From: Edaphobacter aggregans
Lineage (GTDB): Bacteria; Acidobacteriota; Terriglobia; Terriglobales; Acidobacteriaceae
Assembly: GCF_003945235.1 (NCBI RefSeq)
Contig: NZ_RSDW01000001.1
Coordinates: 2,790,001 to 2,822,000 of the forward strand
Length of the DNA stretch: 32,000 nt
Direction: 5' to 3'
Part shown: piece after piece, positions 10,818 through 19,368 of the stretch
Layout: the number at the start of each line of letters is the position of its first letter
Position numbering within the stretch: the stretch's first letter is position 1
Program-made: the position numbers and the translations under genes
Notes under the pieces: model-generated
What the model was told of the DNA's origin: nothing
The model's database searches: none
The model's input: only the letters and a program-made list of their open reading frames with translations

Positions 10818-12620
10818 CTACGTCTGCAAACCATAGACACGAATCAACGCGTTGATCACCTCCGTGTAAAACGCGCTCGCATTCCCATCGCCATCATCGC
10901 GGTTGACCATAATAGCCATGCCTGCAGACTGATTCGGATACCCCTGAATCATCGCTGTGAAGCCATAATTCTCCCCGTTGTGATTGAAAAGATATCCCGG
11001 TTGATTCGGCTGGTCCGAGTTCACGAAGATGCCGACCTGACTCGTTAGCATTGCCTTCGCCTGCGCAGCGCTCAGCAACTGCGTGCCATTCACCTTGCCG
11101 CCCGCGTTCAGCATAATGATGATCTGGCACAAGTCGCCAGCATTCGTATAAAGACCAGCAGCCGACGCCTCGGGATAAAGATTTCTCAACCCTGGGATAG
11201 GCTGACCATTCGTGCCATGGCCCGCCGCCGCGCGTGACAACGCCGCAGGCAGGTTCAGAGCGTAGGTCGACGCTGTCATACCAAGAGGCGTCAACACATT
11301 CGTCTGCATCCAAGTCCGGAAGTCTGTGCCCGTCACATCCTGAATCATCCGCATCAACACCACATAGCCCATACCGGAGTAGTAAAAAGTTCCAGGCGGT
11401 GTCGAAATCTCAATCGGTGGCGAGTTCGCCGGCGAAGTCCCGCTCAGAATCTGATCGAGCGTCGGCAGTGTCACTCCGGGAGTATTCGGGTATCCGCCAA
11501 ACCCGCCCCCATCCGCCGTAAAGCCGGAGCATGCGGTCAAGGGATATGTATTCCCTCGACCAATAAACCCGCCCTTGTGTTCAAGCGTCAATTGAATGCT
11601 CGCCTTCTGCGTCCAGGCCGCCGGCGCACACGCGCGCGTTGCAACAGGCCATGTCGTACGGCTGCCGATCGGGTCCGTCAGCGCGATCTTATTGTTCTGC
11701 GCCAGCAGCTGCACTCCAATCGCAGCATGTGGCTTGCTGATCGAAGCCGCCTGAAACGGAGTGTTCGTGTAGACATATTGATTCCCACCCGCCTGAAGCA
11801 CGCCATACGATGTGCGCCAAGCCACAGCATTGTTCTGTACAAACGCCACACTCGCTCCCGGAACACCGTGAAAACTCATCCGGTCATAGATCGTGTGCCA
11901 CTGATTATTCCCATCCTGAAGGAAAAAGTTTTCAAAGACGCGCAGCGGATCAGGCGATGCGGGCAGCGTCGTATTGCAGATAACCGACCATCCGCCCGAA
12001 GCTGTAAGCGCAACATGCCCAACCAGCCAGTTCTGATTCTCGAACGTCTTGATCTGCGCGGAGCACGCGGCATTGAAGCTGCCATTGGCGTAGTAAGCCT
12101 CATCGCCATAGATCACCCAGCCACCGTTCGGACCAAATGCCACCTGCGTCGCACGCCGATTGCCTTGCGTGTAGTTGCACAAAGTCTGAAAACACTGATC
12201 GTCGATGTTGCTCGCATTCATCGCATTGTTCGCAATGATCACCCAGCTATCCCCACCCGCAGGCGGAAACGCAACGCACGAGATCCTCCAGCCATTCTTG
12301 AAATACGTCCCGATCATCTGAAAACAATCGTTCGGTATGTTGCTCGCATAATATCCCTGGTCTGCAACGATCACCCAGCTATCCCCACCCGCAGGGGGAA
12401 ACGCAATCGACCGCACCGTCCAGCCATTCTTGAGGACCGTTCCCAACTGCGTGAAACAGTCCTGCGGAATCCCCTCCGCCATATAGGCGCCATTCGACGC
12501 TACAACCACCCAGCCGCCGCTCGGCGTAAAGGCGACAACCGACACCCCCGGGCCGCCCATGCAACTACCAATAAAAGTATGCGCATCATTCGGTATGCCG
12601 CTATCAACAAACATTCCCAT
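10818..12620 (-). CDS. Fusion protein of five N-terminal ~44-aa tandem repeats plus a C-terminal beta-lactamase-fold serine hydrolase; 600 aa, no signal peptide
   Basis: ATG at 12620 with AGGAG 6 nt upstream. Residues 8-222 form five repeats. Residues ~270-600 carry SxxK (ASISK), YSGMGY and HNGENYGF, resembling class C / family VIII serine hydrolases. Confidence 0.85.
   Translation of the reverse strand: MGMFVDSGIPNDAHTFIGSCMGGPGVSVVAFTPSGGWVVVASNGAYMAEGIPQDCFTQLGTVLKNGWTVRSIAFPPAGGDSWVIVADQGYYASNIPNDCFQMIGTYFKNGWRISCVAFPPAGGDSWVIIANNAMNASNIDDQCFQTLCNYTQGNRRATQVAFGPNGGWVIYGDEAYYANGSFNAACSAQIKTFENQNWLVGHVALTASGGWSVICNTTLPASPDPLRVFENFFLQDGNNQWHTIYDRMSFHGVPGASVAFVQNNAVAWRTSYGVLQAGGNQYVYTNTPFQAASISKPHAAIGVQLLAQNNKIALTDPIGSRTTWPVATRACAPAAWTQKASIQLTLEHKGGFIGRGNTYPLTACSGFTADGGGFGGYPNTPGVTLPTLDQILSGTSPANSPPIEISTPPGTFYYSGMGYVVLMRMIQDVTGTDFRTWMQTNVLTPLGMTASTYALNLPAALSRAAAGHGTNGQPIPGLRNLYPEASAAGLYTNAGDLCQIIIMLNAGGKVNGTQLLSAAQAKAMLTSQVGIFVNSDQPNQPGYLFNHNGENYGFTAMIQGYPNQSAGMAIMVNRDDGDGNASAFYTEVINALIRVYGLQT
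11955..12599 (-). repeat. Intragenic 5x tandem coding repeat (period about 126-132 bp)
   Basis: Repeat units: GIPNDAHTFIGSCMGGPGVSVVAFTPSGGWVVVASNGAYMAE / GIPQDCFTQLGTVLKNGWTVRSIAFPPAGGDSWVIVADQGYYAS / NIPNDCFQMIGTYFKNGWRISCVAFPPAGGDSWVIIANNAMNAS / NIDDQCFQTLCNYTQGNRRATQVAFGPNGGWVIYGDEAYYAN / GSFNAACSAQIKTFENQNWLVGHVALTASGGWSVICNTTLPAS. At the DNA level, 12237-12274 and 12369-12406 are identical at 37 of 38 positions (period 132 bp). Confidence 0.85.
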
Positions 12621-12871
12621 AGCAACTCCTGTCGTCTACTAAGAGATCGGTCGAGATATCCAACACGGAAGATAGTTTTCAGAATTTTTTCAAAGGTACA
12701 CCGGCGGCCAATCTAACACACAACACAGCGGTCCTTCTCCGACCGAACCATCCCCGAACCGGCCTTGCAACAAAACGCGGTAACCCGGACCACTGCGCGC
12801 AGCACCAGAGCATCGACCTCTCGTCTGGTCTGCCGCAGACACCCACTTTCCGCACCCTATATAGTGTTTTG

Positions 12872-15055
12872 ATGTTTCGGACCATATCCCTATGTTGCGT
12901 CGGCCTGTTGATCATGCTGTGTGGCTCCGCGAACGCGCAAACCTCAACCAAACCGGCAGAAGAAGTTCTCCAGCGAGTCATGCCATCCCTCGCGCCGCAG
13001 TTCAACCTCAAACTCCGGACCATATCAAAAGAAGGCGACTCCTTCCGAATCTCTGGCACCGCAGGACACATCCAGGTCGAAGCAGCAACCCTCCCGACCC
13101 TCCTCTACGGCGTGAACTGGTACCTCAAATACGTAGCCCATCTGCAAGTCTCAACCAACGGAATGCAGCTCGGCCCAGCAAACACAGTCCTGCCAGCGTC
13201 GCCGCAACCAATCGAAAAACCCGCCCTCTACAAGCTCCGCTACGCCCTCAACGAAAACGTAGACGGATACTCCGCACCTTACTGGGACGAAGCCCGCTGG
13301 CGTCGCGAGATCGATATCCTCGCCCTCTCCGGCACCAACGCCATCCTCATCGAGCGCGGCGCAGACCTCGTCCTCTACAAGACCTTCCGCGACGCAGGCT
13401 ACAGCGACACCGCCATCCGCCAGTGGATCACCCAGCCCGCACATCAGAACTGGCAACTCATGGGCAACATGTGCTGCTTCATCGAGCCCATCTCCATCGA
13501 ACTCCTTCACAAGCGCGCCGAATCAGCAAAGAAGCTCATCGCGATGCTCCGCGAGCTCGGCATCACCCCCGTCCTGCCCGGCTACTACGGCATCGTCCCC
13601 GCTGACTTCGCCACCCTCCACCCTGGCGCACACGTCATCACGCAAGGAGATTGGAACGGCTTCACTCGCCCCGGCTGGATCGACCCCCGCGACCCCAACT
13701 TCGCACCCCTCGCCGCATCCTTCTACCGCCATCAACACGAGCTCTACGGCGACTCCACCATCTACGACATGGAAATCTTCCAGGAAGGCGGAGCCGCAGG
13801 CGACGTCCCCGTAGGCGAAGCCGCAAAGCTCATCCAGACAGCCCTCGAAAAGGCTCACCCCGGCTCACTCTGGTTGATGATGGGATGGCAAGACAACCCC
13901 ATGCCCGCCGTAATGAACGCCGTCGACACCAGCCGGGTACTAGTCGCCGATATCGAACAAGGCCGCATCCCCCGCGAAGATCGCGACCACGAATTCCGCG
14001 GAGCCCAATGGCTCTACGGCGGCCTATGGGAGTTCGGAGGCCGCACCACCCTCGGCGCTCCACTCTACGACTACGCCGTACGCATGCCCAAAATGGCCAA
14101 GCTCCCTGGCAGCCGCATCGTCGGCACCGCCCTCTTCACCGAAGGCCTCGACACCAACCCCTTCGCCTTCGACCTCTACACCGAGATGGCGTGGCACAGC
14201 GACCCCGTCGACCTCGCCACATGGACCGACGGCTACGCCCTACGACGCTACGGCGCCGAAGACCTACACGCAAAACGCGCATGGCAGATCATCCTCAAAA
14301 CAGCCTACGGATACCGCGCCGACGGCGACAAAAACCACGGCGAGCGCGACGCCTCACACGACTCTCTCTTCAGCGCCCAGCCATCACTAACAACACTGCA
14401 CGCAGCAACCTGGTCGCCCGACGTCATGCGCTACCGCCCCGAAGACCTACAACCCGCACTAACCGAGCTGCTGCAGGTAGCACCCAACCTCCGCACAACC
14501 GACACCTACAAATTCGACCTCGTCGATCTGGCCCGTCAGGTAATGGCGAACGAGAGCCGCACCATGCTCCCGCAGATCAAAGCAGCCTACGAAGCAGGCG
14601 ATCGTGCCAAGTTCGCCGCACTAACAACCCACTGGCTCCATCGCATGCAACTGCTCGACTCACTTCTCCAGACAAACGAATACTTCCTCCTCGGACGATG
14701 GCTCCAGTACGTCCCACCCTGGGCCTTATCCCCCGCAGAACTAGCCCAGCTAAACTACGACGCCCGCTCCATCCTCACCACCTGGGGAGACCGCCACGCC
14801 AGCGAGTACGGCCTACACGAATACGCAAACCGCGACTGGGCCGGCCTCACCTCCGACTACTACCTGCCAAGGTGGAAGATGTACTTCGACACCCTCTCCA
14901 CCGCCCTCGAAACAAAGTCCCCGCCCAAGCCCATCGACTGGTACGCCTTCGGCGACGAATGGAATCGCAAATCGACAAACTACGCCGCAACCCCCACCAA
15001 CCAGACCTACCCCGCCGCCCTGGCGATAGCCAGCGATCTGAACCTGGCACCATAA
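12872..15055 (+). CDS. Secreted alpha-N-acetylglucosaminidase (GH89, NAGLU family), 727 aa
   Basis: The ORF begins at TTG 12869, and ATG 12872 is the likely start. Sec signal MFRTISLCCVGLLIMLCGSANAQ. Length and blocks (LLYGVNWYLKY, LPGYYGIVP, FTEGLDTNP, YANRDWAGL) match the NAGLU three-domain family as I recall it. Confidence 0.85.
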   Translation: MFRTISLCCVGLLIMLCGSANAQTSTKPAEEVLQRVMPSLAPQFNLKLRTISKEGDSFRISGTAGHIQVEAATLPTLLYGVNWYLKYVAHLQVSTNGMQLGPANTVLPASPQPIEKPALYKLRYALNENVDGYSAPYWDEARWRREIDILALSGTNAILIERGADLVLYKTFRDAGYSDTAIRQWITQPAHQNWQLMGNMCCFIEPISIELLHKRAESAKKLIAMLRELGITPVLPGYYGIVPADFATLHPGAHVITQGDWNGFTRPGWIDPRDPNFAPLAASFYRHQHELYGDSTIYDMEIFQEGGAAGDVPVGEAAKLIQTALEKAHPGSLWLMMGWQDNPMPAVMNAVDTSRVLVADIEQGRIPREDRDHEFRGAQWLYGGLWEFGGRTTLGAPLYDYAVRMPKMAKLPGSRIVGTALFTEGLDTNPFAFDLYTEMAWHSDPVDLATWTDGYALRRYGAEDLHAKRAWQIILKTAYGYRADGDKNHGERDASHDSLFSAQPSLTTLHAATWSPDVMRYRPEDLQPALTELLQVAPNLRTTDTYKFDLVDLARQVMANESRTMLPQIKAAYEAGDRAKFAALTTHWLHRMQLLDSLLQTNEYFLLGRWLQYVPPWALSPAELAQLNYDARSILTTWGDRHASEYGLHEYANRDWAGLTSDYYLPRWKMYFDTLSTALETKSPPKPIDWYAFGDEWNRKSTNYAATPTNQTYPAALAIASDLNLAP

Positions 15056-15137
15056 ATCCGGGTGCCCAACCTCGCGACCGCATCATCGCTGGCCCAACTT
15101 CCGCATTGTCGACGATCCAGGATCTGGAATCAGAACA

Positions 15138-16589
15138 CTAGTCGATCCGATTCAAATACGCATCGCTCCCGCCCTCGCGTAGGATCAGTTCCTTCGCCCG
15201 CCCATTGCCATCCGTCACAAAGATGATCTGGATGTCACTACCCTTAAAAACATAATCGCGAACGCTTTCCGGAACTAGCTGAGTCTTCTGGTCCCTTATC
15301 TTTACGAACAAACGATCGCCCTCCCGTGCAATGGCCATGCTGAAATCACCGAGCTGGTAGGTTCCGACGTAGCCCTCGAACGATTTCGGATCGACAGCGA
15401 TCTCTTTGTGCTCGCGCAGCGGAAGCCCCAACACTATCCCGAGAAGCCGGGTTGCCAATGCGGGCGCGCCAATGTTGTCCGAATTGGTGAGGACCACCAC
15501 ACCAGCCCGCGCATCCGGCGCGATCAGCATCATGGCGCTGGCTCCCTGCTGCGACCCGCCGTGGCCCACATCTTTCACGCCGTCCGTCTCGCCCAATTGC
15601 CACCCAAGCCCGTAGGCCATCCGTCCGAGCCCATCCGACGGCATGGATGCTGTCCACATGAGGTCCCGCGTGGTGCGCTTGACCAGACGATCATTGAGCA
15701 TCGCCACCTCGAATCGCGCCATGTCCGGTGCAGAGGAAAGCCAACCGCCGCCCGGAACTTTGTAGCTTGCATCCAGAAACTCCGCATTCACCACAGCACC
15801 GGATTGATCTTTCGAGTAGAAGCGCGTGCGCAGCGGGATAATGGCGAAGCGATCGTCCGGACGCGTTTGCAGCATGCCGGCCGGAACCAAAACACTCTCG
15901 CGCACGTAATCCGCGTACTTCTCCCCGGATGCTCCTTCGATTGCGCATCCCGCAAGAGTGTAGCCTTGCGTTGAATAGTTGAAGTGTGTCCCGGGCTGCG
16001 CGACCAACGGATCGCTCGCGAAAAACTTCAGGCCGCCTTCGATCCCATCTTCGAAGTGACGCGTGTTGCCCACTTCGGGGTCTGTCTGAGATATGGAGTA
16101 GGGAAGCTCGGGCACTTTATAGTAGCGAATCCCGCCCAGATGCCCTAACAGTTGGCGCGTGGTGATCGGCCACGGTTTCTGCGGGAATGCCGAGCAGTAT
16201 TTCTGCACAGGGTAGTCCAGATCCAGCTTGCCGCGTTCCCAAAGCGTCATGGCAGCAGTAGCCGTAAGTGATTTCGAAATCGAACCGATGCGGTACAACG
16301 TTTGCGATGTCGCAGGAACAGAGTTCTCCAAATCGGCCATGCCGAAGCCCGCTGACCACAGCAATTCACCATGCTGGACAATGGCGACGGAGATGCCCGG
16401 CACCCTGCTCTCAGCCATGAAAGTAGAAATGGCGCTTTCCATCTTCGCTTGCGTCTCGGTTGAGAGCTTCTGAGCGACGGCGCTGCTCGCAGCCAGCAGA
16501 TACGCGAGAAGCGGCACGAGCGTGGACGCGATTTGCCGGCGTTTCCGATGACTAAGCCGACCACTATTGCGGTATGCCTTTGGATTCAT
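15138..16589 (-). CDS. Secreted beta-lactamase-related serine hydrolase with DUF3471-like C-terminal domain, 483 aa
   Basis: Signal peptide LVPLLAYLLAASSAVAQ. Motifs SxxK (GSISK), NYSTQGY and GHGG. The C-terminal ~90 aa (FEGYVGTYQLGDFSMAIAREGDRLFVK...) resembles the domain often appended to these hydrolases. Confidence 0.85.
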   Translation of the reverse strand: MNPKAYRNSGRLSHRKRRQIASTLVPLLAYLLAASSAVAQKLSTETQAKMESAISTFMAESRVPGISVAIVQHGELLWSAGFGMADLENSVPATSQTLYRIGSISKSLTATAAMTLWERGKLDLDYPVQKYCSAFPQKPWPITTRQLLGHLGGIRYYKVPELPYSISQTDPEVGNTRHFEDGIEGGLKFFASDPLVAQPGTHFNYSTQGYTLAGCAIEGASGEKYADYVRESVLVPAGMLQTRPDDRFAIIPLRTRFYSKDQSGAVVNAEFLDASYKVPGGGWLSSAPDMARFEVAMLNDRLVKRTTRDLMWTASMPSDGLGRMAYGLGWQLGETDGVKDVGHGGSQQGASAMMLIAPDARAGVVVLTNSDNIGAPALATRLLGIVLGLPLREHKEIAVDPKSFEGYVGTYQLGDFSMAIAREGDRLFVKIRDQKTQLVPESVRDYVFKGSDIQIIFVTDGNGRAKELILREGGSDAYLNRID

Positions 16590-16695
16590 ATCTCACCCTA
16601 CCGTCGCTAGTCTGACATTGCACCCCTTATAAACGGCCATCGGCCTGACCGACCTTTAATATCTCAAAATCTGCTTTTTGTCTTACGATGACCTC

Positions 16696-17112
16696 ATGAA
16701 GTTCTATCAGGCATCAAGTCGCTCTCGTCTCATTCAGACGGTCATCATAGCGCTACTGGCATCCTCAGCTACTGTCTCTTTCCTGCGTAACCATAGGTGG
16801 ACGGCTGTTGCAGTCGTTGTATTCGCTGCGGTGCAGTTGCATACCCTCTGGAATAGATACTGGGAAATCACCCCGGACGCGACGTTGCTCTCAAGAGCGT
16901 ATGGCTTCAGGCTGAGCTACCCGGCCGCGACCGTCCGTTACGCTGGCCCTGTCCGGAAAGCCGCCGAATATCCCGTTTCCCAAAAAGACATTGAGTTGGA
17001 GTTGGAATTGGAGGGATCTCCAATCAAGCGATACGCACGAGTCGCCAACCCTTCCGACTTTCTTGAAGAGCTGCGTCACGTATCACCTCAGGCTCAGATC
17101 ATGAAAATGTGA
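16696..17112 (+). CDS. Small membrane protein, two TM helices plus a bacterial PH-like (DUF304/bPH_2-like) domain, 138 aa
   Basis: ORF 16678 (TTG)..17112; ATG at 16696 is preferred. Two hydrophobic helices (LIQTVIIALLASSATVSFL, WTAVAVVVFAAVQLHTLW) are followed by a ~80-aa beta-rich domain. The family call is tentative. Confidence 0.55.
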   Translation: MKFYQASSRSRLIQTVIIALLASSATVSFLRNHRWTAVAVVVFAAVQLHTLWNRYWEITPDATLLSRAYGFRLSYPAATVRYAGPVRKAAEYPVSQKDIELELELEGSPIKRYARVANPSDFLEELRHVSPQAQIMKM

Positions 17113-17244
17113 CGTACCGACAACAGATTCCTATTGCCTCTACGATTGTAATTCGGCGCCCGTTTCCTCCCGGCTAACGTGCTATCCGCAAACTAGATCA
17201 GCAATCCGGAGCACTTTCACTGTCCTCGGTGTCTAACTCAAAAT

Positions 17245-18522
17245 ATGACCTTTAGAAAGTGGGCTGTACGCATTGTCCTCTTCGCAGGTGGGTTGGTCCT
17301 GTCGCTGGTGGTGCTCACTTTTCTGGCCGTACAGATTCAGCAACAAACGCTGCGCTGGCACGCCGAGCGGCTATCCGCGGACATGCATCAGATTCGCCTC
17401 TACCAGAGCACCTGGGCAGATGCGCAGCGGCTGATGCACCGCTGGGGAGCGTGGGGCCACTACGACGGAAGCTGCACGGCGGAAAGCTGCGAGTACGAAA
17501 TAGAAATGGATAGCATCACCCATTACAACCCCCGTATTCCACGCCATGACTGGCTGGATTGGCTTCTCAGGCACGACCGGTTGAATCTTTATCAATGGTT
17601 TGGCGGACGCGGCTCAGCGTTTCGTGCCTCCTTCACGGTTCACGACGGCACCATCTGGAGGGAAAGCACCGCGATTGGCGTCAGCGTGCCCCGCAGGAGG
17701 ATACGAACAGGGAATAACGACGATTTCGAATGGAGCCTCTCTGTTGGTGCCGTGAGCTACCAGAGACTTCATCGGACGCTAGGACAATTCGGAGTTTTCA
17801 TGGGCGACTTCGAGGATGAACTGGCCAAACACCCGTACTACAAAGTAGGGAGGCCGGACGGCTGCGAGATCAACTGCCAGATAGCGGTTGCCTACTATTC
17901 CACCCACACTCCATCCGCCGAGATCGAGCGTCTGACCTCGTATGACTTTTCCTGCTTTACCCGGTTCAACCCTTGTGCGCAAATCGTAGATTTGCTGCCT
18001 GCGGCCAAAGAGTGGCACCTCTATGACAACCCATACGATTCCAGCCCCACTGTGCCGATCCCACCACCGCGGCCCGAATCCAGCGTCTCTCTGCCGAAGC
18101 CAAGGCCGCCGATTCCCTGCAGCAGCATTCCAATCTGGGCGCAGGCGCGGGACGCCCGCTACGTTCTGGCCGTCGAGGCACTTTCGACGGAGGTCGTGAA
18201 GAATCACGACGACTATGGCGATTCCCATCGCGAGGTCGCAATGATACGGGTCGTCGGTTCACTCAAGGAGTCTGCTCCCTGGCTACCTGGCGTGATCGTA
18301 AGTGCCGGCCCCCTTTATTGGCACAGTGATGCTAGCGAAGACGAACACCTGGTTCCCGGCAGACGATATATCGTGTTTGCCATCGGAAATGACAGAAGGG
18401 ATCAAATGATTACAAAGGATTCGCCAATCAGCTTCGAACGATGCGGCCTTCAGGAAGACACTCCCGAAATACGGCGTGAACTTGAGAAGGGCTTTGCGCA
18501 GAACGACACGCTGAATCCTTAA
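17245..18522 (+). CDS. N-terminally membrane-anchored two-domain hypothetical protein with short-range Cys pairs and a Pro-rich linker, 425 aa
   Basis: ATG start. TM anchor WAVRIVLFAGGLVLSLVVLTFLAV. Cys pairs CTAESC, CEINC and CFTRFNPC. Linker SSPTVPIPPPRPESSVSLPKPRPPIP. No family recognised. Confidence 0.7.
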   Translation: MTFRKWAVRIVLFAGGLVLSLVVLTFLAVQIQQQTLRWHAERLSADMHQIRLYQSTWADAQRLMHRWGAWGHYDGSCTAESCEYEIEMDSITHYNPRIPRHDWLDWLLRHDRLNLYQWFGGRGSAFRASFTVHDGTIWRESTAIGVSVPRRRIRTGNNDDFEWSLSVGAVSYQRLHRTLGQFGVFMGDFEDELAKHPYYKVGRPDGCEINCQIAVAYYSTHTPSAEIERLTSYDFSCFTRFNPCAQIVDLLPAAKEWHLYDNPYDSSPTVPIPPPRPESSVSLPKPRPPIPCSSIPIWAQARDARYVLAVEALSTEVVKNHDDYGDSHREVAMIRVVGSLKESAPWLPGVIVSAGPLYWHSDASEDEHLVPGRRYIVFAIGNDRRDQMITKDSPISFERCGLQEDTPEIRRELEKGFAQNDTLNP

Positions 18523-18550
18523 TACAGTCCCTGCTACCGAGCCGCGGACG

Positions 18551-18578
18551 TTGACTCGACACCAGCAGCGACTATACG
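18551..18578 (+). promoter_or_regulatory. Candidate sigma70-type promoter for the RibD_C-like gene
   Basis: TTGACT (18551-18556), a 16-nt spacer, then TATACG (18573-18578), about 70 nt upstream of ATG 18649. Pattern match only. Confidence 0.3.
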
Positions 18579-18648
18579 TTGCCTTGGTGAAGAATGCGAT
18601 CACGAAACAGGCGTCGAAGCCGCCGGCATCGGCCTCATCGGGGGGAAC

Positions 18649-19203
18649 ATGTCAAACGCAACGAGATCGACGATAACGCTGCACGTAGTTTCGAGCCTCG
18701 ATGGCTTCATCGCCAGCAAGGACAACAGTGTTTCGTGGATGGACAGTTCTGACGTCTACGAAAGCGGGGTTACTGACGATGGCTCTGACGTCATCCTTTC
18801 AATAGACTGCTACGTGCTGGGTTCTCGCACCTACGAGCACGCGCTGCAACTCGGCTGGCCCTACGGCGACACTCCGACGGTCGTAATAACAAATAGAAAG
18901 CTGCCATCCACAAGGCATAGCGTCGAATTCTACTCTGGCGATCTCAAAAAATTAGCAGTCGAGATACTAGCGCCTCGATACAAAAACATCTGGCTGGTTG
19001 GAGGTGCCATGTTAGGCCAGAGTTTTCTCAAACTCGGCTTGGTGGATGAAATCAGATTGATGATAGCGCCGGTCACATTAGGTGACGGACTGCACCTGTT
19101 CGGTAATTCCGGTACCGAACTGAAGTGGCATCTGAACAACATAGTCGCTTACAAGAACGGCTTCGTCGAGTTATCGTACAAGCGCCCATCAACCGGCTCC
19201 TGA
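18649..19203 (+). CDS. Dihydrofolate-reductase-family protein (RibD C-terminal domain type), 184 aa
   Basis: SLDGFIA, YVLGSRTYE, IWLVGGAML and LVDEIRLMIAPVTLGDG are typical of the RibD_C/YwjB-like reductase family. This is the lowest-GC gene in the window. Confidence 0.8.
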   Translation: MSNATRSTITLHVVSSLDGFIASKDNSVSWMDSSDVYESGVTDDGSDVILSIDCYVLGSRTYEHALQLGWPYGDTPTVVITNRKLPSTRHSVEFYSGDLKKLAVEILAPRYKNIWLVGGAMLGQSFLKLGLVDEIRLMIAPVTLGDGLHLFGNSGTELKWHLNNIVAYKNGFVELSYKRPSTGS

Positions 19204-19368
19204 AGCAGTTACGTTAGACAGGCCCCCGATCGAGGACACTACGGCTCTGCCGAAGGCCGGAGTGCGGCCCAGGCAGCAACGACTGAATCGCTCCTTCAAG
19301 AGCCCCACTCGTCTGCGAAAAACGAGGCTCCCCTCCGCTAAACTAGAACTTGCCCTCACGGGAATCGC

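Noticed and set aside
10818-12620. First impression that the repeat-hydrolase gene is a compositionally foreign single-gene island, because its codons end in G/T while its neighbours end in C.
   Set aside because: All minus-strand genes in the flanks show the same G/T-ending usage. It is the strand bias seen from the other strand, not foreign origin.
12679-13071. 130-aa minus-strand ORF spanning the divergent spacer and the GH89 5' end.
   Set aside because: It overlaps the well-supported GH89 start and signal peptide. It is Arg/Trp-rich with no motifs.
15056-15137. Search for att-like direct repeats, integrase or tRNA at the two edges of the skew-neutral block (15056-15137 and 26368-26482).
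   Set aside because: I could not find a shared 8-mer or longer by eye between the two junctions, nor any mobility gene. The island hypothesis therefore rests on composition only.
19294-19309. cttcaagagccccact upstream of the J-domain gene, resembling sigma32 -35 (CTTGAA) and -10 (CCCCAT) elements.
   Set aside because: The two elements are only 3 nt apart instead of about 13-15 nt, so this is not a functional heat-shock promoter architecture.
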